Shown: piece after piece, positions 16,558 through 26,937 of the stretch | Position numbering within the stretch: position 1 is the stretch's first letter | Layout of the letters: each line of letters opens with the position of its first letter | IMG/VR virus record: IMGVR_UViG_3300037452_000118 | Span: 32,001 to 96,000 of that record | DNA length: 64,000 bases | Source: a virus | Direction: 5' to 3' (one strand) | Notes under the pieces: model-generated | What the model saw: only the letters and a program-made list of their open reading frames with translations | Database searches by the model: none | Told to the model about the DNA's origin: nothing | Made by a program: the position numbers and the translations under genes

Positions 16558-19500
16558 CCAAGAAAGCCGGCCACGGCGGCCCGAGGCCCGGCGCCGGCCG
16601 CAAGCCGCTGACCCCCGAGGAGCAGGAGGCCAAGCGGGTTCGGCGGAACGAGGCCGCCCGGAAACGCCGCGCCGACGCCAAGGCGAAGGCCGCCGGCGCG
16701 GCCGTAGCCGAGGCCCCCGCCACCGTCCCCGCCGCGCCGAAGGGCCAGCAGGCGGGCGCCTGGGGCGACGCGCGGGCCATCGAGGCGCTGATGGAGCGGA
16801 TGGGCCAGCGGAGGAAGCGGAGCCGGGCGCCGGAGTTCAACCCGTTCCAGGTCGCCAAGCACCCGCCGCGGGCCACCCCGCCGAAGAAGCTCCAGATGGC
16901 GATGGACGACGGCACGATGGGCTGGGCGGCGAGCGCCTGGCTGGGCGGGTTCGGCGGCGTCTTCGGGGCGGTGGGCGCGGAGGGGCTGCAGTTCCTCGGC
17001 TACCCCTACCTGTCGGAGCTGGCGCAGCGGACGGAGTACCGCGTCATCTCGGAGACCATCGCCGACGACGCCACGCGGAAGTGGATCGACTTCGACGTCA
17101 CCGGCACCATCAAGGACAAGGAGAAGGGCCAGGACGACGAGGAGACCGAGGAGAAGGAGGAGGCCGGCGAGCCGGTCGACCCCGACGAGGAGAAGCAGAA
17201 GCGCGAGGACCGCGTGAAGTCCTCGGGCAAGATGGAGAAGGTGAAGCAGCTCAAGGACGAGCTGGCGCGGCTCGAGCTGCGGGACTGCATGTACCGGATC
17301 TGCCGCGACGACGGCTTCTTCGGGCGATCGCACCTCTACCTCGACTTCGGCGACGACCTCGACAAGACCGAGGCGATGAACGAGCTGAAGACGCCGATCG
17401 GCGACGGCCGCGACAAGCTCAGCCAGGGCAAGGTGGGACCGCAGAAGCCGCTGGCGGCGGTGCGCCCGGTCGAGCCGGTGTGGTGCTACCCGACGACCTA
17501 CAACGCCATCAACCCGCTGCGCGACGACTGGTACAACCCGCAGGTCTGGTACGTGATGGGCCGCGAGATCCACCGCAGCCGCCTGCCGACCTTCGTCGGC
17601 CACCCGGTCCCCGACCTCCTGAAGCCTGCGTACTCGTTCGGCGGCCTGTCGCTGTCGCAGATAGCGAAACCCTACGTCGACATCTGGCTGCAGACCCGGG
17701 ACAGCGTTGGGGAGCTGATCCACGCCTTCTCGACGATGGTGCTGCTGACCGACGTGCAGACCAACCTGGCGCCGGGGGCGACCGGCGGTCCGGGCACGCT
17801 GATGGCGCGCGTCGCCGCGTTCAACGACTTCCGCGACAACATGAACACCTTCGTGCTGAACAAAAATACGGAGGATTTCAAAAATGTGTCGGTCCCGCTC
17901 GGCGGCCTGCACGAGCTCCAGGCGCAGTCGCAGGAGCATGTTGCCTCGGCTGTACGCATCCCGCTCATCAAGTTCACGGGGCTGCAGCCTGCGGGACTCA
18001 ATGCGTCCGCCGAGGGTGAGGTGCGAGCATATTACGACACGATCGCGGCCTACCAGAACCGCTTCCTACGGCCCAACCTGACCCGCGTCCTCAACTTCGT
18101 GCAGCTCTCGCTATGGGGCGAGATTGACCCAGAAATTGTCTTCGACTTCGAGGGCCTCTGGGAGATGAGCGAGAAGGAGAAGGCCGACCTCCAGAAGGCC
18201 GAGGCGGAGCGCAACCAGACCTACGTCGACATGGGCGTCATCGCGCCGGAGGAGGTCCGCGGCGTGGTCATCGACGACCCCGAGCTGCCGTTCGGCGACC
18301 TCGACCCCGACGACGTGCCGGAGCTCAAGGAGGAGGAAGAGGGCGGCCTCATCCCGCCCGGCGGCGGGCGCGCCGAGGAGGCCATCATCGGCGAGCCGGG
18401 CGCGGAGCCCGGCGGTCCGGGCCGGCCGGCGGGCGCCCCGGCGCCGAAGCCCGGCGGCGGCCACGGCGACCCGGCGTTCCAGGAAGACGGGGGAGGCGCG
18501 GCGGCGGGGGCGCGCAACGTGGTCCCTTTCAGGGCGCGCGGCGCCGCTGACGAGCTGGACCCGCTCTTCGCCAGCCTCGCCAACGACGCCGCGATCGAGT
18601 GGAACGAGAGCAAGCACCCCCGCGACCCCAAGGGCGAGTTCACGGCTGGCGCGTCGGCTGGCGCGGCGTCCCATGCCGCGGAGACCGGCGCCGGCGCCCC
18701 GAAGGCCAAGGGCTACGGCTGGCACGGCGGCCCCCAGCAGCACTTCGTCATGCCGCAGTTCGGGCTGTGGGGGCCGCCGGGCAGTTTCGGCGGCGGGCAC
18801 TGGAGGCCGGAGCCGCGGCCGCCGCTCGACCCCTCGACGCTCAAGAAGGTCGGCCCGCAGATGGGGTCGAACCCCGGCGGCGTGTTCGAGGACGAGAAGG
18901 GGCGCAAGTTCTACGTCAAGGAGGGCCGGTCCAAGGACCACGTCCGCAACGAGCTCACCGCGGCCGACCTCTACGACCTCGCCGGCGCCCCGACGCTGCG
19001 CTACCGCGACGTCGCCGGCGGCGCGCACATAGCGTCGGAGATGGAGAAGCTCAGCAAGAAGAACGCGTCGGAGCTGTCGGCGGAGGAGGTGCGCAAGGCC
19101 AAGCGCGACTTCGCCGCGCACGCCTGGACGGCGAACTACGACGCGGTGGGCACCGGCGGCGACAACCTTGTCGCGGCGGGCCCGGACGTCTTCACGGTCG
19201 ACCTCGGCGGCGCGCTTGAATACCGGGCGCGCGGCAAGCCCAAGGGCGACGCGTTCGGGAACCAAGTCACAGAGATGGACACCATGCGCGATCCGAGCAT
19301 CGCGCCGGACGCCTCCGCGATCTTCGGCGACATCACCCCCGCCGAGTTCAGGGAATCGGCCGCCCGCGTGACGCGGATCAGCGACGGCGCCATCCGCGCC
19401 GCGGTCAAAGCGCGCGGCGGGTCGGACGCCTTGGCCGACAAGATGATCGCGCGGCGCGACGACATAGCGAAGCGGGCCAAGACTTTCGGCGCCGAGGGCG

Positions 19501-22500
19501 ATCCGAAGAAGAAGACCTCGACCGTGATCTTCCCCGCCGGCGACGCGCTACCGGTGAAGACGCTCAACGGGGTGGCGTTCGAGCCGTGGACGCCGCCGGC
19601 CGACGGCGACTGGAACGAGGTCGACGGCCAGATGGACATCGAGGACGAGGCGCCGCTGCCGGAGGGCGCGCAGGGCAAGCAGCTGGCCTCGGGACTGATC
19701 ATCAGGGAGAAGGACGGCCGCGTCTGGCTCGCCCGGCCGAAGGGTGGCTTCGGCGGATACGACAGCACATTTCCAAAGGGCCGGGTCGAGCACGCGCTGT
19801 CGATGCAGGCCAACGCGATCAAGGAGGCCTTCGAGGAGACCGGGCTCAAGGGGCGGATCACCGGCATGGCCGGCGACCGCGTCGGCGACGTCACGCTGAC
19901 CCGGTACTATCTCGCGGAGCGCGAGGGCGGCGATCCCAGCCGGCCCGGAGAGGAGAGCGAGGGCGTGGTGCTGGCGCCGGCGGACAAGCTCGACGGCTTC
20001 CTCAACCGCGACCGCGACCGCAAGCTGGCCAAGGAGATCGCCCAGGACGAGGAGCCCGGCGCGCCGCGGACGCTCTACGTCAACCGCCCGCTGCTCAACG
20101 CCGGCGACCTGGCGGCGTGGGCGCGGGAGCACGGCGTCAAGAAGCTGCTGCCGGCCGACGACATGCACGTTACCGTGGCGTTCAGCAAGGCGCCGCTGGC
20201 GTGGGCCGCTGCTGGGGACGGCGCGGCGAAGGTCGTCGCCGAGGGTGGCGAGCGGTCGGTCGAGCGCCTCGGCAACGAGGGCGCCGTAGTGCTGCGCTTC
20301 GAGTGCCCCGCGCTGGACCGGGACTGGCGGCGGTTCGTCGACGCCGGCGCCTCGTGGGACCATCCAGGCTACAAGCCGCACGTCACCTTCACGATGGGCG
20401 ACGTCGACGTCGACGCGGTCGAGCCCTACGACGGGCCGCTGGAGTTCGGGCCGGAAGAGTGGGACGAGATCGGCAACCGGCCGGCCGACTGGGCCGCCAA
20501 GGCGAAGGCCTCGCTGGTCGCCGCGGACGCCTTCGAGGAGGGCAAGCACCCCCGCGGGCAGCCGGAGAACAAGGGCCAGTTCGGCCCCGGAGGCGGCGGG
20601 GGCGGCCAGGCGAAGCGGACCTCGGCCGGCAGGCCGACGCCCCGGCGCGGGAGCGGGGCGGTGCTGCAAAGCCGGAGCCAGGGCGCCGCCCAGGCGGCGG
20701 CCGCGGCGCCGAAGCACGACTCCGCGAAGCTGCTGGAGAAGTCGGTCTCCGACGCGCTGGCGAAGGCCACGCCGAAGCAGAAAGAGCAGGCGGCCGACCA
20801 CGACCGCAAGACGAAAGCGTTCCTCGCCTCGGAGCCCGCCCGCAAGTCGATGGCGGCGTCGGTCAAGGCGTTCGCCGCCAAGCACGCCGCGGCGATGGCG
20901 AACTACCACCTCACCGACGCGATCATGCTGCCCGGGGTGCACCACGTCGTCGAGCAGGCGGTCTCTGCGATCGGGCTGGGCGCGGTGCCCGGCCTCACGC
21001 TGGGCGCCACCGCGGTCGCGGCGTACGCGGCGAACCGGCTGATCGAGACCTACCACCTCAACCTCACCGGGGCGAAGCAGCTGCTGGCGCCGGTGGTGCG
21101 CGGGATGGTCGACGTGCTCGGCAACGTCAAGGAGACCTCGGCGCGGATCGCCGACCTGGAGCGGCGCGGGCTCGTCGGGGCGGAGGACGCGAAACGCGAC
21201 GATACCGTGCTCGACGCGCTGATCGTACTGCTGCTGGAGGTCGAGAAGCTCGGCGAGGAGGAGCCGCAGGCCGAGGACGAGGCGCCGTTTGAGGAGTCGA
21301 AGCATCCCCGCGACGCGCACGGCGAGTTCACCAGCAAAGGCGGCGAGGGCGGGGGCGGGCAGTACATCGGCACTGGCGGCGAGGAGGATCCCGCGGAGCA
21401 GATCGCCGCGGCCAACGAGCCGCCGGCCGGCGAGGGCACGAAGCCGGTATCTACCAACGACATCGTGAAGAAGGCGAACGCGAACGCCGAGGCCGCCGGC
21501 CAGGGCGGCCTCGACGACGTGGACCCGCTGACGAGCGCGAAGCACAAGTACAACGCCGCGATCCAGCTCGGCGCCAACTACGCTACGGCGACGTGGGCGA
21601 CGACGCACGAGGAGGACGCGGCGCTCAAGCAGGTCTACAGCTCGACCGAAGACGCATGGAAAGCGCTCGCCGAGGCTGAGAAAAATAAGGCCGGCGACCC
21701 GCAACAATCGTTCAAGGCCGAGATCGCGAAGATCGACAACGCTGAGGGCGAGTACGCCGACCTCGATACCAACCTGAAATCTGCCGAAGCGAAGGTAAAG
21801 GCCGGCATGGCGCACGAGATGGCGCCGGATGATGTTGTCGATGCTCTCTCCGAGGTCGAATACAACGCGATCCAGAAGAAGTACGGCAACATTACCGGCG
21901 CCTACGCAGAGATGAAGAAGGCCGATGAGGAAAAACCTCAAGGAGCGCTGGAGTGGGCCAAAAAACTGCTTGAGACCGGGCTTGTCGGGCCAGAGGCGGA
22001 GAAGATTCTCGCCCACCTTGATACGATCGGATACGGCGACACCGACAAACTCAATGCTTTGATCGCGCAGGCTGCCGGGAAAGAAGCGCCCACTCCACAA
22101 GCCAAGGAGGGCAAAACCAAGTTCGGCGGCCTGTGGAAGGTGACCGGCCTCGGCGAGAAGGCGGACATCCAGCTCAACGCCAAGACGGTGCTCCTCAAAC
22201 CGACCAACGCCGGACAGAGCTACCGGCAGATGATGACGTTCCTGATCAACAACGCCGCGGCCGGCGACCTCGACGCCGACATCGTCGGCAAATTGAAAGT
22301 TAAACTGGTCGAGGCGCTCTACAAGGCCAGCGACAAGGCGACTCAGCTCGGCAAGGAGGGCGACGCCAAGAAGATCAACCTCGCGCTGAACAAGATCAGC
22401 ATGAAGGAGCCGGCCATCCTCGCCGCCGGGATGGGGGCGTGGGAGGCCAGCAAGAACGGCCAGCCGCCGCCGGCCTACAAGCCCCCGCAGCCCGAGCCCG

Positions 22501-23777
22501 ATCCGGCGCCGCAATCCAAGCCGACCGTGAACGACAAGGCGATGGCCTCCTTCAAGAAAGCTGCCGCCGCGATGTGGAAGAAGGCCGGTTACGGCCCCGA
22601 CAGCAAGGGCGATTCGGTCACCGCGTCCGAGAAGGCCAAGCTGGCCGCGCAGCACGGCATCTCGACGCAAGACCTCATCGACAATCTCACCTTGGCGGAG
22701 AACAAGTCGCTGAAGGATTTTTACGGCTCGATCGCCAACGCGATGAATTGGGCCGCGAACAAGGTCGAACCCGACGCCAACGAGGCGAAGGAGGTCGCCA
22801 CGATCGCGCCGGCGACGTCCGCGTCGGAGCCACCGTCATCGTTGAAGGCGACCTATGCCGAGATCACCAAGGCGAAGAAGACCGCTCCGCTCCAACTGCA
22901 GTACGTGCCGAACGCGCCGCAGACCGATGAAGCGCAGAAGCTCGTCGACGAGTTCAACGCGAAGTGGTCCGGCAAGGAGGTCGACGACGACATCGCGCTG
23001 AAGAAGATCGCCGACTTCAAGGCGATGCAGCAGAAGATGGTGCCGCTGATGAACGCGGCGCAGAAGGCGGCGGCGGAGCAGAACGCCAAGATCGCCGCGG
23101 AGGCGAAAAAATCGCAGGCGGAGCAAGTCGCGAAGTCGGCGAAGGAGACCGCGAAGCACGCGGCGCAGCTCGAGGAGTACAAGAAGGAACTCGGCGTCGG
23201 CGACGCGGAGGCCGAGGCCTTCGAGGGCCTGGTCGACATGCTCGGCGGCGACAAGCAGAAGGTGCTGGCCAGTTTCAAGAGCTACGCTACCTCCGCAGGC
23301 CACGGCCTGACCGGCTTCGAGGGCAAGCTGATCGCGGGCTACAAGTCGGACAGCAGCGTCGTCAACGCGGAGATGCGGAAGCCTATGGCGTCGTGGAAGT
23401 CGCCGAAGTTCATGTACGCCAAGATATTGAACAAGGCGCTGTCGAAGCTGCCCGGCTACAGCGGCGTCACGATCAGGAACACGCCGCTGAGCAGCGAGCT
23501 GCAGATGCGCTACCAGCCCGGCAACGTCGTCATGGAGCACGGCTTCACCGGGACCTCGAAGCAGAAGCCGAACGGGGTGTTCAGCGGCAACACGAGGTTC
23601 TACATCAAGGGGATCGGCAAGCGGGCGGCCGACATCTCGGAGATGTACGGCTTCCAGGGCGAGGGCGAGGTGCTCTACCAAGCGCACACCGCCTTCCACG
23701 TCGACAAGGTCGAGGGCCAGGTAGGCAGCGACGGCGAGGCGAGCTACAAGGTCTACATGACCGAGCTGGAGGTTTGA
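16554..23777 (+). CDS. Giant portal (DUF1073-like) fusion with kinase-like, Nudix, 2H phosphoesterase (Acb1-like) and ADP-ribosyltransferase domains
   Basis: Portal ~16896-18330 (FLGYPYLSELAQR, IPLIKFTGLQPAGLNASAEGE); kinase-like ~18840-19490 (GSNPGG, FYVK, NE, D..G..DN, VDLGG); Nudix box GRVE..AIKEAFEETGL ~19670-20040; two HxT motifs (HVTV, HVTF) ~20068-20470; ART R..GTS..EGE ~23310-23777. Confidence 0.88.
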   Translation: MTKKAGHGGPRPGAGRKPLTPEEQEAKRVRRNEAARKRRADAKAKAAGAAVAEAPATVPAAPKGQQAGAWGDARAIEALMERMGQRRKRSRAPEFNPFQVAKHPPRATPPKKLQMAMDDGTMGWAASAWLGGFGGVFGAVGAEGLQFLGYPYLSELAQRTEYRVISETIADDATRKWIDFDVTGTIKDKEKGQDDEETEEKEEAGEPVDPDEEKQKREDRVKSSGKMEKVKQLKDELARLELRDCMYRICRDDGFFGRSHLYLDFGDDLDKTEAMNELKTPIGDGRDKLSQGKVGPQKPLAAVRPVEPVWCYPTTYNAINPLRDDWYNPQVWYVMGREIHRSRLPTFVGHPVPDLLKPAYSFGGLSLSQIAKPYVDIWLQTRDSVGELIHAFSTMVLLTDVQTNLAPGATGGPGTLMARVAAFNDFRDNMNTFVLNKNTEDFKNVSVPLGGLHELQAQSQEHVASAVRIPLIKFTGLQPAGLNASAEGEVRAYYDTIAAYQNRFLRPNLTRVLNFVQLSLWGEIDPEIVFDFEGLWEMSEKEKADLQKAEAERNQTYVDMGVIAPEEVRGVVIDDPELPFGDLDPDDVPELKEEEEGGLIPPGGGRAEEAIIGEPGAEPGGPGRPAGAPAPKPGGGHGDPAFQEDGGGAAAGARNVVPFRARGAADELDPLFASLANDAAIEWNESKHPRDPKGEFTAGASAGAASHAAETGAGAPKAKGYGWHGGPQQHFVMPQFGLWGPPGSFGGGHWRPEPRPPLDPSTLKKVGPQMGSNPGGVFEDEKGRKFYVKEGRSKDHVRNELTAADLYDLAGAPTLRYRDVAGGAHIASEMEKLSKKNASELSAEEVRKAKRDFAAHAWTANYDAVGTGGDNLVAAGPDVFTVDLGGALEYRARGKPKGDAFGNQVTEMDTMRDPSIAPDASAIFGDITPAEFRESAARVTRISDGAIRAAVKARGGSDALADKMIARRDDIAKRAKTFGAEGDPKKKTSTVIFPAGDALPVKTLNGVAFEPWTPPADGDWNEVDGQMDIEDEAPLPEGAQGKQLASGLIIREKDGRVWLARPKGGFGGYDSTFPKGRVEHALSMQANAIKEAFEETGLKGRITGMAGDRVGDVTLTRYYLAEREGGDPSRPGEESEGVVLAPADKLDGFLNRDRDRKLAKEIAQDEEPGAPRTLYVNRPLLNAGDLAAWAREHGVKKLLPADDMHVTVAFSKAPLAWAAAGDGAAKVVAEGGERSVERLGNEGAVVLRFECPALDRDWRRFVDAGASWDHPGYKPHVTFTMGDVDVDAVEPYDGPLEFGPEEWDEIGNRPADWAAKAKASLVAADAFEEGKHPRGQPENKGQFGPGGGGGGQAKRTSAGRPTPRRGSGAVLQSRSQGAAQAAAAAPKHDSAKLLEKSVSDALAKATPKQKEQAADHDRKTKAFLASEPARKSMAASVKAFAAKHAAAMANYHLTDAIMLPGVHHVVEQAVSAIGLGAVPGLTLGATAVAAYAANRLIETYHLNLTGAKQLLAPVVRGMVDVLGNVKETSARIADLERRGLVGAEDAKRDDTVLDALIVLLLEVEKLGEEEPQAEDEAPFEESKHPRDAHGEFTSKGGEGGGGQYIGTGGEEDPAEQIAAANEPPAGEGTKPVSTNDIVKKANANAEAAGQGGLDDVDPLTSAKHKYNAAIQLGANYATATWATTHEEDAALKQVYSSTEDAWKALAEAEKNKAGDPQQSFKAEIAKIDNAEGEYADLDTNLKSAEAKVKAGMAHEMAPDDVVDALSEVEYNAIQKKYGNITGAYAEMKKADEEKPQGALEWAKKLLETGLVGPEAEKILAHLDTIGYGDTDKLNALIAQAAGKEAPTPQAKEGKTKFGGLWKVTGLGEKADIQLNAKTVLLKPTNAGQSYRQMMTFLINNAAAGDLDADIVGKLKVKLVEALYKASDKATQLGKEGDAKKINLALNKISMKEPAILAAGMGAWEASKNGQPPPAYKPPQPEPDPAPQSKPTVNDKAMASFKKAAAAMWKKAGYGPDSKGDSVTASEKAKLAAQHGISTQDLIDNLTLAENKSLKDFYGSIANAMNWAANKVEPDANEAKEVATIAPATSASEPPSSLKATYAEITKAKKTAPLQLQYVPNAPQTDEAQKLVDEFNAKWSGKEVDDDIALKKIADFKAMQQKMVPLMNAAQKAAAEQNAKIAAEAKKSQAEQVAKSAKETAKHAAQLEEYKKELGVGDAEAEAFEGLVDMLGGDKQKVLASFKSYATSAGHGLTGFEGKLIAGYKSDSSVVNAEMRKPMASWKSPKFMYAKILNKALSKLPGYSGVTIRNTPLSSELQMRYQPGNVVMEHGFTGTSKQKPNGVFSGNTRFYIKGIGKRAADISEMYGFQGEGEVLYQAHTAFHVDKVEGQVGSDGEASYKVYMTELEV

Positions 23778-23781
23778 GGCG

Positions 23782-24204
23782 ATGGCGAAGCTGGAGCATC
23801 AGTACGGCGTCGGAGAGCGGTCCGACGGCACGATCGACACGTTCCCGATGAGCGAGTGGCCTGCAAGACTGGCGGAGCTCCGCGCGATGCTCGATGGCGA
23901 GACGAAGCCCGACGACCTCGAAGATCTCGGCGCGATCGAGAAGTTGTTCGAGGCGGAGCCCAAAGATGCCGCGGCTGACGAGCGCCGGACGGTCCGCGTT
24001 TTCAAGCTGAAGCCGCCCGGCGGCGAAGCGTTCGTGGCCGCGCTGGCCGGCGGCCGCATCGTGTCGAACCGTGCCGGGAAATGGGCGGACGAGGATCAGA
24101 TCAGCGTCGCCGACCTCGCGATGCCGGAGCAGCGGCTCGGCGAGTGGGACGTCGAGGAGATCCCGGCCGACGATCCAAGAGTCGCCGCGCTTCGGCGCCA
24201 GTAA
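23782..24204 (+). CDS. Hypothetical protein directly after the ART domain
   Basis: SD GGAGG; 4-nt gap to the upstream stop. Confidence 0.6.
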   Translation: MAKLEHQYGVGERSDGTIDTFPMSEWPARLAELRAMLDGETKPDDLEDLGAIEKLFEAEPKDAAADERRTVRVFKLKPPGGEAFVAALAGGRIVSNRAGKWADEDQISVADLAMPEQRLGEWDVEEIPADDPRVAALRRQ

Positions 24205-24805
24205 CGATGCGGGCATCGCCGGTCACGCCGTCGATAACCTTGACCGAATAATCGTAGATCAAATCGCCGACCGTTGCCGGTGCGAGCATCTCGCGTAACG
24301 CCCAAAACTCCACGCCTTGCCCCGAGACAGCATAAAGTTCGCCGCGCTCGGTGACCTCCTTGCGGCCGACCTTGAACGGCTTGCCAAGCAGCGCATTGAA
24401 ATCGACGGACCACCAAGCGGCGCCATCTGGAGGGGGAGGCGGCGTTGCAACGAGGGTTACTGTATCATCGAGGCTTATGGGCTTCGATAATCCTAATGTC
24501 TCGGCCGCCTCTGGCGACATGAACAATGTCTGAGGTTCTGGAATCGCCTCCCGCATGACCGCGGCGAGAAGTTGCGCACTCTCCCATACCTGCCACGTCG
24601 GGTCACGCTGCTGCGCGTCCCAGACCCAGGACAGCGCCGCCAGAACATCGCGCGCCGCAGATTCCCGTTCCCAGTTGAACTTTCGCGCGTCTGCCAAAAA
24701 GTCTTGGCAACCCCGCAGATATGCCCGCGCCTGCTCCAACTCGGACGGCGGCCGCACCAAATGGGTGACGTCGACTATTTGGGTGACGTTCTGCAAGGTG
24801 GTCAT
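24101..24805 (-). CDS. Hypothetical protein
   Basis: SD GGAG before ATG at 24805; 3' end overlaps the opposite-strand ORF. Confidence 0.45.
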   Translation of the reverse strand: MTTLQNVTQIVDVTHLVRPPSELEQARAYLRGCQDFLADARKFNWERESAARDVLAALSWVWDAQQRDPTWQVWESAQLLAAVMREAIPEPQTLFMSPEAAETLGLSKPISLDDTVTLVATPPPPPDGAAWWSVDFNALLGKPFKVGRKEVTERGELYAVSGQGVEFWALREMLAPATVGDLIYDYSVKVIDGVTGDARIVTGAEARRLLDRRPGSPRRPTRRAAAPASRGRRR

Positions 24806-25032
24806 AGATTCTCCATTTGGCGGACGAGGAAAGCGCGGGGGCGGTTTTATCCCACGCCCCCGCGCCCGTGACGGCTTCGGACCTGCCGCCTTTTGCACCG
24901 GCGGCGCCTTAAAGCCGCCCCGCCGCGGATTGCTACGCGGCGTTGGTGCTGGCGAGGCGGTACGGCGATCGACCGCCGTTTTCGTACACGCCTCGCCGCG
25001 CGAAAGGCCTTCTTATATAGAGCCCTCCGCTG

Positions 25033-25380
25033 TTAAGCGCCCGGATCGGTTGCACCGGATGCGCCCCGCCTGGATTGCTCCAGGTAGCCGATTATCGAGC
25101 CGGTGACGCGCTTGACGATGGAGCGGCGGGCATCGGCGACTTGCTGGTTCGACCCAAAATACTCCCTGTGGTGGAGGATGCAATCGGCCACGGCGCCGTC
25201 GACGATCCTCCATATCTGGGTGTAGCGGCCGCGCGGCTTCTGCGGCGGCACCTTGGCGCGCTTCCAGCGCTGGCGTTTTGATGCTGGCCTCTTCGCGACG
25301 AATCTCTTCAGCTCCGGCGACCACTTGCCGAGGAGGCGGCGCCGCGCCTTGCGCCGGGCCCTAGCGCCTTTCGCGCTCAT
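25033..25380 (-). CDS. Basic hypothetical protein
   Basis: MSAKGARARRK...IWRIVDGAVADCILHH. Confidence 0.5.
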   Translation of the reverse strand: MSAKGARARRKARRRLLGKWSPELKRFVAKRPASKRQRWKRAKVPPQKPRGRYTQIWRIVDGAVADCILHHREYFGSNQQVADARRSIVKRVTGSIIGYLEQSRRGASGATDPGA

Positions 25381-25541
25381 TGCTTTTGCGAAAACTCTTG
25401 AAGACGTTTCAGGAAGTCTGGAGGGGGATCCGTGAAGCGCCGGGTGATCTTCAGACAAACCCATGCGAACGGGAGGGCGATGCCAAACTCGATCAGGTTG
25501 GCCAATCCCTGCGCGGCGTGTTCCGGGGTGATGCTCATCGG

Positions 25542-25814
25542 TCAGTTCGCCTTTCTGCCGCCGGACAGCCGGCAGCCCAGCTTGACGGAGCGCGGGTCGT
25601 CGGGCCGGCCCGCGGTCGTCACCACGACGAACAGGCCGCAATCCTCGCAGTGGACAGTGTAGGCGCCGCACCGCCTCGCCGGGTAGTCGAGCTTCAGCGA
25701 GCAGGTCGCCTCGGCGCCGGCGGAGAGGTCGGCGTCGACGCCGCGCGGGAATGCGGGGTTTGGTTTGCACTTCGGCTCGCGGCCGGCGTCGTGCCAGCGG
25801 ACGCGGAAGGTCAT
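25542..25814 (-). CDS. Cys-rich hypothetical protein
   Basis: GREPKCKPNPAFPRGVD..C..CG..CEDC..TAGRPDDPRS. Confidence 0.65.
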   Translation of the reverse strand: MTFRVRWHDAGREPKCKPNPAFPRGVDADLSAGAEATCSLKLDYPARRCGAYTVHCEDCGLFVVVTTAGRPDDPRSVKLGCRLSGGRKAN

Positions 25815-26014
25815 CGGTCGTCCTTCCATTTCGTCTCGTTCCAGGCGCTCGCCATGCAGGCTCCGACGACGACGCCGCCGACGAAACCGAGCTCGCCGAA
25901 GGAAAACCGCAGGACGAGGTAAGTCCCAGCGCCGGCGGCGAGCGCGGCGCACAGGCTGCAGGCCTGCCAGGTCCAGTAGTACGTCCGCGTCATCCTGAGA
26001 TCGGGCGGCGTCAT
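25811..26014 (-). CDS. Small membrane protein
   Basis: Two hydrophobic segments; overlaps neighbours. Confidence 0.5.
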   Translation of the reverse strand: MTPPDLRMTRTYYWTWQACSLCAALAAGAGTYLVLRFSFGELGFVGGVVVGACMASAWNETKWKDDR

Positions 26015-26361
26015 TGCTTCCTCGGCCAAATGGTCGCGCCGCGCGCCGCCCCACGCGAAGGGTCTTTCTCCTTGAACCTGTCCTCGTCGCGCATGACCTT
26101 GGAGATCGCGGCGCGGAGGTCGCGCTGGTCGCGCCCCGTCGTGGCTTGGTAGGCCGCCGCGATGTGGTCGAGCAGGTCGGAGAGCAAGACGCCGGCGACC
26201 CTGGGGTCGTCCATGTTTTCGTTAATGTCGCCGAACGAGATCAGATAGCGGACACCGCCATCGTCGGTTTTGTACACGACGATGATCGGGTTGCGGATGA
26301 AGCCGGACGGATCGCCGCCGGGCGGGATCAGCGAATCGTCGTCTTGGATGCGGTCAGTCAT
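26011..26361 (-). CDS. Hypothetical protein
   Basis: SD AAGGAG; operon context. Confidence 0.6.
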   Translation of the reverse strand: MTDRIQDDDSLIPPGGDPSGFIRNPIIVVYKTDDGGVRYLISFGDINENMDDPRVAGVLLSDLLDHIAAAYQATTGRDQRDLRAAISKVMRDEDRFKEKDPSRGAARGATIWPRKQ

Positions 26362-26601
26362 GCGTCGGTCTCCTTTACGATCCCGGCCGCGGACGCCGTC
26401 TCGCCGCGCGAGACCGGGTCGACGATGGCCGCAGCGGCCGGGTACTCAACGGGGTCGGTCATCGCTCTATCCAAGCGCGGCAGCGATTGAGGTCTATAAT
26501 CAGCGTTCCCGGCTTGCGTACTGGAAACATCAAGTCCAGGACGTCATCGATGGCGCAGACGACGGCGATCTGCGGCAAAACCAAAATCCACCTCAGTGTC
26601 A

Positions 26602-26880
26602 TCATCGGATTTTCTCCGGCGACTGCGCCTTCTTCTTGGCTTCGCGCTTCTTCCTGGCCTTCGCCGCCTCTTTGATCAGCCCGGGCACCAACTGCTCGAC
26701 TTCGTCGAAGGCGATCTTCCCCTCGTCGATGAAATGCAGAAGCGCCGCCGTCGGGACCGGGATCGGCAGGCCGTTGGCGTAGCCTTGCGATGTCCGCTTG
26801 CCGATGCCGAACGCGCGCCCGAAAGCCTCTTGCGAGAGTTTGAGTTTGGCGAGCAAGCTGCGATATTGGTCCTTCGTCAT
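26602..26880 (-). CDS. HTH (Cro/XRE-like) regulator
   Basis: LSQEAFGRAFGIGKRTSQGYANG. Confidence 0.8.
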   Translation of the reverse strand: MTKDQYRSLLAKLKLSQEAFGRAFGIGKRTSQGYANGLPIPVPTAALLHFIDEGKIAFDEVEQLVPGLIKEAAKARKKREAKKKAQSPEKIR

Positions 26881-26937
26881 CTTGTCCTCTCAGATGGGCG
26901 CGGAAACCGCGCTTTGTGCAACATCCGCGCCCCGGTG

